Source: Strigamia acuminata (lineage: Eukaryota). From it: 64,000 bases of DNA. Position numbers and translations under genes: made by a program. The DNA is taken from the NCBI GenBank assembly GCA_949358305.1, contig OX442314.1, forward strand, positions 2,232,001-2,296,000, given 5' to 3'. Shown here piece after piece: positions 42,859 to 56,112 of the stretch. The notes beneath the pieces were generated by a model. It was not told where the DNA came from and did no database searches. It worked only from the letters and a program-made list of their open reading frames with translations. Each line of letters begins with the position of its first letter. Position 1 is the stretch's first letter.

Positions 42859-43110
42859 GCAAAACGTTAAACATCAACAAAACCAGAAACCATAGCGACT
42901 GACCACAATGACGGCTGGTTTTGATGCTGCGCACGGTGAACTGTCTTCTTTCGTCACCAGATGGCTTTGACACCACGAGCGTTCTTTCTTTCTTTCTTTT
43001 TTTTTTTGGCGTAATAGATGGTCTTGGTTTTCCATTAGGTAGGGCTAAATTGAGTTATTGTATTGGCGACTGACTTTTTTGTATTTTTTTTTTCATACTG
43101 ATATCACAGA

Positions 43111-43432
43111 ATGGCGGCAAGCAAGAAGTTTGACTTTCGTTCGGCTATATGGAACGGGATACCGCCTGCAAGGTAAGTATTCCGGCTGATTTTTGGCCAT
43201 TTTTTTAAAATTTAATTTGTTATCTATCAGAGATAAAGCAGAACGAATTGAATGGCAAAAATTCGAGCAGGCTGTGAAAGCGTCGTTAAAAAATTACGAC
43301 CAGAAGATTAAGGCTGCAAAAGCCTTATGTGAAAGTGAAGTCCACGATTTGAACGTGAAGAAACTGAAGAAGATACAGAGTAAAAATCGATCCTTTCGCG
43401 AAGATATGGGACTAAAACAATTTAAATTGTAA
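43111..43432 (+). CDS. Small two-exon Lys-rich helical protein (87 aa), unknown; exons 43111-43172, 43231-43432
   Basis: ATGGCG start, GTAAGT donor, CAG acceptor, in-frame splice; similar exon at 56193-56442. Confidence 0.55.
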
Positions 43433-44099
43433 ACCAAAAGTTTGTCATTGGAAACAAATCTCAATTTTATAAATTACACATTGACGAAACCATCCAAATC
43501 TCCATCAACACCATCATCGTCACAACGCAGAACTTCTGTGGACTTTAAATGGAAATTTTTCTGGAAATTACAGATATTTTCGGCGATTTTCTATAATTTA
43601 GTAAGTTTACATCTTTGTAATTCTTGATGATTAATCATTGATTAAAGTTTTGATTTGGTTTTTTTTAAAAATATATTTGGGTAACAATTTATGGAATTTA
43701 TTTGGCCCCCGAATCAGCCAATGGTTGCCATGTGTTGTTTACAACATTCTTAATAATGTTTGTTGTTGCTTTATTTTGGCCAAAAATTTTATTTTGTATT
43801 TAATTACTTTATTTTCTTTTATATTTGGTGTTTTATTTAGGGACAGAGAGACGGTTTAGAAGTCTAATAAGTAATGCTTCCCTGCATTACAAATGTTTAC
43901 TTGTTTTAATTGAATTTAAGTGATTTTATTTGCGATTTGACCATAAAAAGCGACAACAGGACACAATTCACAACGGGAGAATGTCGTGAATTTTTGTTTA
44001 GTGAAATGCCAATAGTTGAAAATGTAGAAGTAGACACCAAAGCTGTTTTGGAAGTGTATCGATTTGTCAAAAAACAAGATGTGTTAAAACGGGATCCGT

Positions 44100-44248
44100 C
44101 CTTATTAGCGAATCTCATTTTAGCGAAAACAATTTTTTTAAACCCATTTTAGCGAACTCATTTTAGCGAAAATGAGTTTAAATCACCGCAACATTGGATT
44201 CAATTTAGCGAAGACTCGTTTTAGCGAATGCCTCGTTTTAGCGAAAAT
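44100..44248. repeat. TTTAGCGAA short-repeat cluster
   Basis: Seven spaced copies, probably the interior of a DNA-transposon end. Confidence 0.65.
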
Positions 44249-44342
44249 TCCGCCCAACTTCGTTTCTCGGTAATAAGTCAGGTCACGACAGATTAGACCT
44301 AGATGGACAGCGAACCTTACACTCTGGACTCAAACTTTCATT

Positions 44343-47259
44343 TTAATTTTAAATTTATGGCCTTCATCTAGTTTTATTTTTTATAATCCAGGCCTTTCTT
44401 GCACTCAAGTTTTTAGGAATTAATAAATTTGATTCCAACAAATTTATCATACATAATAAAGCCTTCTTCGACCTATTCGGGGAAGGAGAAAGCAATGTCA
44501 ACAAAATCGCCAAATGGCGTCCAGTTCGTGATTGCGGAAATTTTTAATTGTGTGGAAGACAAAAACGAAGTTTTACACAGAGCTGAAGTTTTATCGAAAA
44601 CTTCTTTGTCGCGAGGAACAGAATTAGCAGGTATTTTGTTGTTTGTATTCAGTAGGAGGTTTAACATCCCAATTTCACTTCATGAGTGGGATGACTTTAA
44701 AATGGACGAAAAAGAATTTTCAAAATTGGAAGAAAAAAATCAAAGACTTTTTGACAACGTTAACAGTTGCAACACTTTCCAAAATCTACAAAGCAAGAAC
44801 AAACCAAGAAGCGACAACGTCTTCTTCAAAAGGTAAGCAAATAGGTACATGTATAATTACTGCGTGTCGTTAAGGAAAGAAAATCATGAAATTTTCAAGC
44901 GAATTTGATCACATTTTAAACCATGATTTCATAACCGAAGCTATGTTGTTCAAATACGTGAAAAGTAAAAGAAATATGAAGTTTGCAATGTCTGGAGAGG
45001 TCGGGCCACGGGAACAAATTTATACCGAGCCAAAGGGTATGAAAAAAAATTCCACGCCGTCACCTGCCACCGGGATATTCCCGGTATCCCACTTGGCCAG
45101 TCCAGCATTGGGATTTTGTATTAGAAAGGCAATAGTGGAACCACCAAATCTGGCGAACAAATTAAAATTTTTTTTTATAATATTCAGTGGCCATATACAA
45201 AAGTGGGACAAGATTATCGGATTGAAGCTATTTGATGAAGGGTATATCCGTCCTCGGATATATTCCTTTTGGATCAATCACCCAAAATTATCAATTTACC
45301 AACGAAAAAAAGTTCAGAGGGTCAAAATTGAAAAGAATTGAAAAAATTGCACGACCAAGTAAATTAAAGCAAATTAAAGTAATACTTATGTTTGTTATTA
45401 GATTGAGGATCAGCTTTAGTTTTTTTTCTTTTTTTTCTTCTTGTTTAGCACAAAGATGCCTTTAGTGGACACTATAAATGTAGACGAGGAAGTACTACTG
45501 TCTCATATATTTCATCTCGCAAGCAGAATTTTTTTAGAAAGAATGTTTTACCTTCTAAAATGGAAGTGAAAGTAATTCCGCCAAGAGAGGCTTCGACCAG
45601 GGAAGGTTTCAAAGAAAAAGTCATTGACCACTCCTCGCTCATCCAGAGGATGCTGGGCATCAGCGTTTCCACGTGACAATTCGATGCGCCTTATTTTAGA
45701 CGCTTTTTAAAAATAGTTTTATAGTGAATACAATTTGAAATGTTGAATTTTGATAAAAGAAAGGTAGGACCATCAGGCTTGCTCCCAATAAACACCGAAA
45801 CACCATGTAGATAATTGTATCTAGTAATTGTCCTAGACAGTAAACAACCGGCAACATTTTAAACCTTTCGAAACATTTCAAAGAATCGCTCACAATGTTG
45901 CAGGGCATAAAAGACTAATACAGATGGGCATAGAACTGATTTGGCAAGAAAAAGTAAAAATAAAGCACCATTCTTGAGAAGCAATAATTGATTTGGTCCT
46001 AAAGTTATTTCCACATTCAAAGATTGAGGATAGAGAAAGTTTTTTGTGTAGTGCGTGTAGAATTTCAAAAGTTACTTCGTAGCTGTTTTGGTCACGAGAA
46101 AACTCCAGAGGCACTCTGACAAGTTTTACAAGACTGAACAAGGAAAAGGAGAAAACTTTAGCTAAGGAAACTCAGAAAACTTTTGAATTTTGAAGTTTAA
46201 GCCAGGATTAAAAGGAGCAACACGACCCAGTTAGATTATTTAAAGATGCAGTAGAGTGGAAGTTGAATCAAAACAAACAGAAAACAAGCAGGTGTGATAC
46301 AATTCTCTTCTATTCGTATTTTGTGTCTGTAGTGAAAAGCTGCTGAATTCAAAATGGCAAAATGATAAGAAATTAAATTCTTAATGCAAATCTCAAATGC
46401 TACAGTGCATCAGCACAATTCTGGATTGACAAACACGCATTGAATGCATCATGTTTGTCACTTTAAATCAAACGGGTGAATGCTACAATCCTGTGTATCG
46501 GGAATGCAGACTTACAACACCAGAATAAATGAATTACACAGCTAAGTTACTAGCACTAAATGCTAACCCTAATGCAATTCCTACACATTCTGAGAAATAT
46601 TAACGAAAATCGAACCGGCGACTCAAAATCTAATCTTGATCTAATTCTTTTTTCAGGCAAGCAGACAACCAAATAAACAAAAACAAATGCCACTTTGGTG
46701 AAAAATAGAATAGAAACTCGCGATATCATATCAGCGAAAAAAGAGAGAAAGAGACATTAAATTCTATCAGAGACAAAATATTAACTAAAATCAAACCGTC
46801 AGATCAAAATGCAACCCTAATCCTTTGGTTTTGCATCATTATCGTCTCGAAAACGAGTGGAAACACCGAAAATCAACGATCGAACCGAAAAGCAAACGGC
46901 GAAATGGAATGAAGAACACAAACACGTGCCGTTGCTAAGCGAAGGGGAAGCATCTCTATTGGTTGCAATCAACGTCAACAAATTGCGTCATTCTCCTCTG
47001 TTAATAATAATTATTCCCACCAGAATGACTCTGCAACTCACAAGTTAGTGTCGGACAATTTTAAATCAATTTTTCAAACCAACAAAGAAAAATAAATAAA
47101 ATTAAAAAATTAAAAATTAAAAAATTAAAATTCACCTCTTTTCATCTCTTTTGGCGAAATGTCACCTGTGGTCGACTCAGGCTCTCAAATCTCAAACTCT
47201 AGTGTACCTGTCGCGGTCAAGTCTGGTCGGACGGATAAAAAGAAATTGAAAGCGATACT
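44343..47259. repeat. ~2.9-kb direct duplication, copy B
   Basis: Colinear with 36837-39693. Confidence 0.93.
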
Positions 47260-48242
47260 GTAAAAGGAAATTTTTTATCACCGGCTATTCTACAAATATC
47301 CTTCGATATTTTTCAATTTTTTCCATTAAATTCCGTTAAAAATGCAGAAATAACGCGATTTTTAACGTGTAAAAGATAGAATAACCCACGTAAATGTGAA
47401 TTTGAATTCTGAAACCATTTAGCAATCGAAAAGCTCACTTATTTGAAAACTCAACTTTTGTTTCAACTGTGCTAGCTTAGTAAGCAGATTTACACTTTAA
47501 AATTGTAAAATTTGTAAAAAATAGTTAAAATTTTCAAAGTTTTGTAAAAAATAATTAAAATTTTCAAAGATTTTTAAAAAATAGTTAAAATTTTCAAACA
47601 TGTTTAAAACAAATAGTTACAATTTTCTAATAGTTCAAACATGAGCACAGAATAAAGTTTCAATGCGCTTAATTTCTTAATTCTGCATTCAAAATGTAAA
47701 AAGGTTTAATTTGGTTCCTCAAGTGCCTCCGTTGGGAACGCCCTGTGCTTGGAATGGAAGCCCTGAGTTGACACCAAATGGACATCAAGTTAACAAAATG
47801 TTGATTTGATTTGATTTTGTTTTTACTTTTGGTTAACTGATTAACTGGATTGGGTCCATACAAATCTAGAGTGCCAGCGTGAGAAGGGATTTCCAATCTC
47901 AACAGAAAGCACTTGAAGAACCTTAAAAGAGAAAAAAATAATTTAGCATTTAGATTGCACCTTTTTAAAACAAATATTTCCTCAAAATTCACATACATTA
48001 ATTAAATGTTGTTTACCTTGCAAGGATGGGATCAAATTGCGCCAAGTGGCTCGGCGGGGACCTTCATCCTTCATCCTTGTTAAGATGTCATTCGGAATTG
48101 GGTGCTAGTTTGGTTTGTAGCTTTATTCGAGACCATTACCCACAGTCATAGGTGAAATCCATCCGTGTTTGATGTTCAATTTGACAGAAATAGTCATTAC
48201 AAACAAGCGCCATTTGCCACAAGCTGACTGGTAGGATTGACT

Positions 48243-48374
48243 GACCGCGATGCAAGTGGCACCCGCATCCAAAGCATTCACCACCAGCTCTTCCACGCAC
48301 TGACGAGGACAAGTTATGGCGATTCCTGACTGCAAACGAGACCGTACTTCCACCGGTAAAAAATGCACGCTCAT
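48243..48374 (-). pseudogene. MLH3: N-terminal fragment of MutL homolog MLH3
   Basis: LPVEVRSRLQSGIAITCPRQCVEELVVNALDAGATCIAV matches the MLH3-type GHKL motif I (EELxxNxxDA); similarity is lost immediately after. Confidence 0.75.
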
Positions 48375-48694
48375 TTCACAACGAGTAGTGGAAATATCTC
48401 ACGATGTTCCTCGATTGTGTACTTCAACCGACCGCCATTTGTAAACATGGCGCGGCAGTCCCGCAGTTAATAAAACTTTCGTAATAATTTTATAAAATTT
48501 TATAAAATAAATATTTAATGAATAAGTAAATAAAATTAATTATTTTTTTTTATTCGAAAAGAAACATTTTTTTATTTTTATTTTCCCATCGGTTTTAATC
48601 CGAACTATTTGTTTTTAATTCATTCATTTCAAGTTGTACGCTTTGTCAGACCGAATCCAACGAATCGGTCAGCTTCGCCGCACGACAGTGACAA

Positions 48695-48890
48695 CGTCTG
48701 GTCGAAATCGTTGTCCATCTTGCCGCCGTAGATGCACTGGCTGAGCAGCGTCCCAGGAGATCTTGGCGCGCAGCAGATTGACGGACACCTTCGGGTGGAT
48801 CTCTGTCATGAGGAAAAGGCGGAAGTTGAGGTGCGGTTGCAAACTGTGCAGCCAGAACGGCGCCAAATGCACGTTTTTGAGCATCACCCA
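48695..48890 (-). pseudogene. DYNC1H1: Internal fragment of cytoplasmic dynein heavy chain (AAA6 region) with deletions and a frameshift
   Basis: [36 protein letters not shown], then in another frame [17 protein letters not shown]. Confidence 0.85.
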
Positions 48891-49980
48891 TTCAATCCAA
48901 ATAAAAAATCAATAAATGCTACAAATCATTAACTATTGATAAATTATTCAAATATCACACACTGTAGCTACATTTTCATATGTTTGCATTGCATATGTCC
49001 AAATTTTCATTGTTTGAGTCTTACACCATTGGAGCAAGTGAAAACTGCTCCAATGCGATTGAATTTTGCTGTTGGATTCACTGTTAGATTCACTGTTAGA
49101 TTCACTGTTATTGTGCAAGTATATTTGAAGTTGAGGTTATACAGAGTGGAAGAAAAGTCTGACCCGCTCAAATATTTTCTGAGCAATTGCATCTAGGCCA
49201 ACTTTGATGAAGCGATCGTATAGGAAGTTGGGTGAGAGCAATCCAATAATGTCATCAAATTTAGGTCATTCACTTGCTAACTTCTAAACCAATCAGGTTA
49301 GAGAAAAATTTTCAATTACAAAGTTGTAGAGCACCATCAAATTAGTACTATCCAACTTACCTTAGTCACCTAAAGTTAAACGTTATCGTTTTAAAATGAA
49401 AACAAATCAGCTGAAATAAAGCCAGCCATTGTGGCAAAAATTAAATTTCTATTGCAAAAGTACTGAATTTCTTCAATAAATGTATTCAAATTTGCATTAT
49501 TATGCAAGTAAACAAGAAAAACACCTTTTTTAATGTCTAAATTATTTTATTTTCATAGGAAGAAAAAATTTCAATTTGCTGACACCACATCAGAGTCAGG
49601 GAACTCGCATGTCGATATGTAATCAAGACAAATCCACGCCCACTGATCGCAAAAAATACCACAAATATTGTTACGTGGCCAGACTGACTACTGTTTGACC
49701 ACGTAAATACTTTAATGTTAAACTGGGGGTTTGTAATTGCATTGGTTTAAACTAGCATTTAAACTGTGTTGCTAATAAGACAGAATGAAGAGGACTCATT
49801 GGTTTATTATTAAAATATAACAGTATCATAAATACAATCTGAAAAGCAAATAATAATTAACTTAAGACTAACTTAAATCTAAACCTTAAAAATATCTTAA
49901 GACTAAATAAGCATGAATAACTATTGGGATTGTAAAACCTTGAGATGCCACTGCAATAACTGCCTGACAACCTCTATGTC

Positions 49981-50769
49981 TAGGCCTGTGCGAATTTGCG
50001 ATTAATCGCATTGCGATTTTTTTTTTGGCGAATATCGCAACTAGTTAAGTTGCTAGCTGTTGTTTGCGATATATCGCATATCGCGATATAATCGCAATAA
50101 TCGCAAATAATCGCACATAATCTCAATAATCGCAATATCGCAACAACACAACGTTCAACAATTGAATTAAATTTGTCAATTAATTTTTATTTAGTTTTGG
50201 TTTGTTTTAGCATGGTTAATTCAGGGATGGACTAATCGCCAGCTGTCTGCTGTCACCTGTCGAATGTCGCGGCCATCAGCCGTCGACATTCGACCGTCAG
50301 CTGTCGAATGTCGCGTCCGTCGGACGTCGACTGTCACAGCCGTCGAATGTCGACCGTCAGCCGCAGCGGTTGACATTTGACAGGTGACGGTGGACTTACG
50401 ACTGTCGTGTCGACTGATGGCCGCGACATTTGACAGGTCCATCCCCGAATTATCCATGCTAAAACAAAACAAAAATAAATACAAATAAATTGACAAATTT
50501 AATTCAATTGTTGAAACCCGCCAAATGCGCGTAATACGCTGGCGCTTCAATCGCGTACAACGAACGTTGTGTTGTTGCAATTATTGCGATTATTGCGATT
50601 ATTGCGATTATTGCGATTATTGCGATTATTGCGATTATTGCGATAATTGCGATTAGTGCGATTATTGCGATTAAATCGCGATATATCGCGAATGCGATAT
50701 ATCGCGATTTAATCGCAACAATCCAATATCGCAATCGCATTTGCAACAATCCAATATCGCACAGGCCTA
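49981..50769. mobile_element. hAT-type non-autonomous palindromic element (MITE)
   Basis: TIR TAGGCCTGTGCGA, 8-bp TSD TCTATGTC, subterminal 9-bp ATTATTGCG arrays, long inner inverted arms. Confidence 0.92.
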
Positions 50770-51261
50770 TCTATGTCCATTTGGCTCTTGTCAAACGTTA
50801 AATAGACCTCGATCGTTCTATTATTCAGTAACAGGTAAAGTCATTACATCATCCGCTTAAGGCGGACTCTAGTGAGAGTTTTAGGGGTTATTCTCTAATG
50901 ATTAAATACGGAAGCGAGGTGGCGACAGCTGATTCACAGCGTGCTCGCCCACCGCGTAACAATATGATAAAACCAAGAAAAGAATAATTTTGAATGAAAC
51001 AAGAAAAGATTGTTGGTTTTCGAACCTTACAACAAAATAAAGAAGTGAGAGAGATTTTTTTTTAATGAAAAAATTTCAATATCAATTACTTTTAGTTTAG
51101 TGATGTGTCACCGGAGGCATTACAGGCAGAAAGGAAACGTTTGGAAAACAAAATGCATCGTGCACCTGAAGGTCGAAAAAAATTAAACAGAAAATGACTG
51201 GTTTCGCAAGATACATAGTCGAGAAGAAACTTTATAATTGTACATGTACTAGTACATACGC

Positions 51262-51512
51262 AACTGAGTTCCAAGTGGATACTGGCTCAGAATTTACCAT
51301 CATGGGAGTGGATAAATTGCAGGTTTTGCAAGCACACTCTAACAAACCCGTGTTGCTTAAACCATCTAAGATTAATTTATTCTCATATCCTCATACATTC
51401 ATTAAAATTATTGGGATAATTATAATAATGATGGCTAGTCCTATAATCATAACAGCAGACCCTGGTCCAGCCATTTAGGGGAGAGATGCTATTTCTCATT
51501 TAAAGCTTTTTC
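51262..51512 (+). mobile_element. Gypsy aspartic protease remnant
   Basis: FQVDTGSEFTIM...LFSY...GPAI*GRD. Confidence 0.7.
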
Positions 51513-54500
51513 CACAACACTACAGTGTCACAAATGCAGATCAATGTGCAAGGGAATTGGCTATGGTCCACCAACTAACCAGAGAATTAACATCTAATAG
51601 TTCTTCTGTGGCAACTAAAATTACTAATAACCCAACACAAGGTCGTGTCTACAAGAAATTCATTTTTTCGTTTGGATACATTTTATTTCGGATTATGTTT
51701 GGTAACTATCGTCGAGACGAGAAGGAAATCTACCAAGATTTCTAAGATTTCCAGGATTTTGTAAGATTTCAAGGATTTTGAAATCCAAAATTCTTGCCTG
51801 TTCGAGATTTCCAGCAAGCTACCCCCTCGAAATTTGCAGTGTAGCAACAGCCGGTCGCGATGTAAATTTTTAAATAACCCCGCCGCCATCCATTAATTTA
51901 ATCATTTATCATTAATTTTTAGAGTTCTGTCGATCTGCGGCTCCCACTCGGCGATAGGAAATCTTCAGTGTAGCTTCCCAATGGCAAACCACGTTCCTAC
52001 AGCGCCTGAACGAAAATTTATGAAGGAATTCATTTCTCGACTACCGCCCGACGGTAAACGAGCTTTAGTATTCGCCGTGACGAAGAAGAAAGTTAAAACC
52101 TGCCAAAGTATGAATTTAATAGATTGTAGTTACAGAAGCATGTACAGTCTAAATAGTCATTCATTAAAAGGATTCCAATAAGAGACAGATAAAGGATAAT
52201 CAATTGCGTTGTAAATAAATTTTTAGATTTTTGAAGGAGCTCATTATGAAAAAGATTATTTAGGCTGAACAGTGTAATCAAGCAAAATAAGAGAAGGGTG
52301 TCATCATTCATTCACTTAGTATTTGCCAGTGTTAGCAAAAAAGAACAGCAACCACATTCATAGAAGGACAATGGATTTTTCACATTTGTTTTTTTTGTTA
52401 TTTTTTACCAAATTGACATTGGTCATTCTCAAGTGCTATACTTCATTACGTGAGGAAAAAAAATATCTTTTGTCAGGCTGGTAGACCTTACTATCATTCA
52501 TACACAAAAGTGGACAAGATTCTCGGGTTGAAGCTATTTGATGAAGAGGTTTTTCGACAGGAGTAGAAGACCTCCGGTCTCGGATACCGTATATATTCCT
52601 TTTGGGTCAATCACCAAAATCAACAATGTTATCAACAAAAAAAAGCGATAAAGTTTGAATCAAGTTCAGAGGGTCAAAATTGAAAAGAGTACACTAAAAT
52701 GGCAAAAAGCAGAAATTGCACCACCAAGTAAATTAAAGTAATATTTATATATTTATATATATGTTTGTAGATTGAGGGTCATTGAGAGAATTACTTCCTG
52801 CTATTACAAAAAAAAAACAAGTGAAAAGTTCCCGCAGTATAAAAATGTAACCAAATATATATGTGTATGTCATTCATTACTTTTTTTTGTTTTTTGGACG
52901 CAGTTATCCTAATAAATGAATCGTGTCGAAACTTTTTCTGCTGTACTGCATAGACAGTGCATTTCTAATAAAATTTTACAAGATTATTTAAGACAAAGTT
53001 GAGAAAATTTGTGAACGTTTAACGTTTAATAATTATTTAATTTCTTAATTCACACAGGCACGATCCTGGCAATTGTTACAAAACTCCGAAAAAGAAATAT
53101 TTTCGGTTTAAATCCAGCCATGTTCGAACGACTAATCAAGTACATCGTCTGCGTTCACGATCATACTTGTATATTCCTATGCCCCCTCCTATCAACATCA
53201 ACCTTAACGGATGAGATTTTGTATAATCTTTTTCTAGGAGTTATGAAAAAAATGTTTTTTAGGACCGTTATCCAAAGAAATTATCAAGAATTATCAGGAA
53301 CACGTTGGTGTTTACCTAAACAACAGATTTCGAAATGTGACTAGTTTTGCATTAAAAACCATAATGATTAAACATGGACATCATTTAACGCCAGCCGTGA
53401 AAGCGCTAAATGCGATCTTGAACGGTGAATCAATCAAACGCAAGTAATAAATAACAAACTTTATCGATTAATTGCTCAATTGCAGATCCGTATATAAAAC
53501 CGTTGATCAAACGAGGCAGACAATCTGAGAAAAACAATCAGCCAAAAACACCCAGTCTGACATGTTTCTCTACTTGCACTGGCACATCACTTGAGTTTTA
53601 AAATTTTCATTTTGGAATGATAATTAAATGGCAAATAGAGAAAATTCTAAATTCTATTTAGTTTTTATTTGTCTTCATTTTCATTATTATATATCGGATA
53701 AAGTTTTTTGATGGATATGTTTTTGAGTAAAACAAAATTCTCATATTTATTCATCTGAAGTGCACAGTCGAGTAACGGGAAAACTAAAACGCTCCCACCA
53801 GAAGCTTAGAAAGAGAAATAGACTCAGTGCTGTTTAAAAATATATATTATCAATTTGTTAAATTCAAAATATATAATTTAGTACATCAAATCTGACAGCA
53901 ATTTTACCAACACACAGGGCACGGATTTTAAACCTGGTTTTTGAATAGGGGATAGAGCTAAGACAATAAAAGATGGATTCAAACTAAAGTGTAGACATTG
54001 GCAAAATACAGATTGGATTAGAAGCCAGATAGAATAGAGAAAGCTCAGCATGACAGTGGTACGTTTCATTGTGTGCGACTTTATCCACATTCCTTTTTCT
54101 TTGTCGGGTCGTGATAAAATCAACAAGTAATAGAACGTCCCACTAGAATTCGGCCTCATAGCCACAATATTCGCAGAAGTGAGAGACTAAACAAAATTAC
54201 ACAGAGCAGGAAGAAAGATCAATCAATCAGGAAAAAAAGGTTAGTTAGATAAATAAAGAAAAAGAATTATTAATCACGAAGCAAGCCTTATGTTCAAGGA
54301 GAAGCCAGCAATTCTACATCGGTAGGTCCTGGCGTTATAGCAGACACATTTCAATTTGTTAACAGTTGGTCTGATCGATCAGACATTAAAATTGCATAGC
54401 AATTAGTAAATGCTACACCCATCTAGTAAATGGAATGCAGGCCTACAATACCAACTCTATTATGACCAGAGCTCTCTTTTTGCTTGAACCAGGGGTGACC

Positions 54501-55832
54501 ACGAGGAGGTAGAGAGTTGGATTTTACACCCCCCATACTCAAATAATATAATATGTAACCAAAACTTAAAAAATTCAAAAGAAACATAATTATCTCAGAA
54601 TTAAATCAGAAAAACAAAAAACACCACTGGATAGAGTAGAAAAAACTACACAAACTACAAAACAACAAAGAAACTAAGAGCTAAATTGGACAAAAAATCA
54701 GACGGAAAAGAAGAATTTGAAGCAACGAAATGCAACTTTGGAATGATAAATACGAAATTAGATGCGGAATTACGACGAAATTAGACAAAAACGATGCAAA
54801 ACCGGAAGAAATCGATTTGGATTTAGATAAAATCAACTCAACATCGCACGAAAATAATGAAAAAGCTGGACGACGACAGAGAAAGAGGCGAACATTTCGC
54901 AGAGAGAACAGAGTAGAGATATTGTAGAGATTCGAAATCTCTGCATTCTGTTCCATTAGGCCTAGGATTTTCAGCACTAAAATTTGCGAGAAATGGATAG
55001 ATAATACGAGAATTGAACCTTACATGAATGCCACGATGGATGGAATACGAACATTCGTCCATTCGTCCGTATTTAGAAATTTAAATCCTTCAAAATGGAG
55101 TTTGAGGAAGGAACAAGTAAAAAACGAGTAAAGAAAGAGATGAACCAAAGTGAACAATGGCCGACAACACTACGAGACACGAGACCTCATTGACTGACTA
55201 ATTGTTTTTTGATAACTCAATAAACAAATGTACAAACAAACAAAATAAATCGCAATTTGTTTTAAAAACACACACACACAAATACATTATTCAAATAAAT
55301 ATTTTCCAATGGAAAACTTCAATTATTTTGGATATTTTAAGTGGGAGAAGTAAGAGGCAATTTATATGCGGTTAGCGTCATTTCAATCAACTTTCCAACG
55401 ACATTATCGTTTTATTCCAGCTGGCCTTCAACTTTCCTGCACTAAAGAAATGCGCACGACATTGCACCAACAAATCGTGGTCAACAACACCAGAGTCCGA
55501 TGAGAAGGAATTTCTTCTTTCATTTATTTAGTTAATTCATTTTTTCTCTGGATGAACTAAACGTCAGGTGTCAGTTGTCCGTAGTCGAATGACTTTTTGC
55601 GTGTGAAAATTGACTTTTTCGTCTAAAAATTAACTTTTTGCGAGTAAAAATTGTCTTTTTGCATTTTGTATGTTTAAAAATAAATATATTTTTGGATTAA
55701 AAATTTCCCACTGTCTCAAAAACTCATTTTGACACTTAATTTTATAATTCAGTCTAAACTGAAGCCTCTCCTTATGGTGTGGGCGCTGTACTGGCACATA
55801 TTGATCAGCTTTGCCGCAAACTGCCACGATCA

Positions 55833-56112
55833 TTGAGTGCAGCTGAAAGGAACTACCCTCACATTGACAAGGAGGCTTTGGCAGTCATTTTTGGAGTTAA
55901 ATAAATTCTATATTTACATGCTGTGTAGGTATTTTGAGATCTATACAAATCACAAGCCGCTTTTTGGCATTTTGGGCTTGGACAAGCCAATTCCATTAGT
56001 TATTAGCCCTCGGATGTTGAGATGGGCACTGACTTTGTCCGTCCATGACTACCAGTTGAAGTATCGAAAGAGTGAAGAAAATACGAATGCAGACGTGCTT
56101 CGCCGTTTCCCG
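55833..56112 (+). mobile_element. Gypsy RNase H remnant
   Basis: LSAAERNY..IDKEALAVIFGV / FEIYTNHKPL..RMLRWALTL..YQLKYR..NADVLRRFP, with a frameshift. Confidence 0.85.

Noticed and set aside
50504..50749. Hydrophobic (IIA)n peptide ORF
   Set aside because: Translation of the MITE's 9-bp repeat array.
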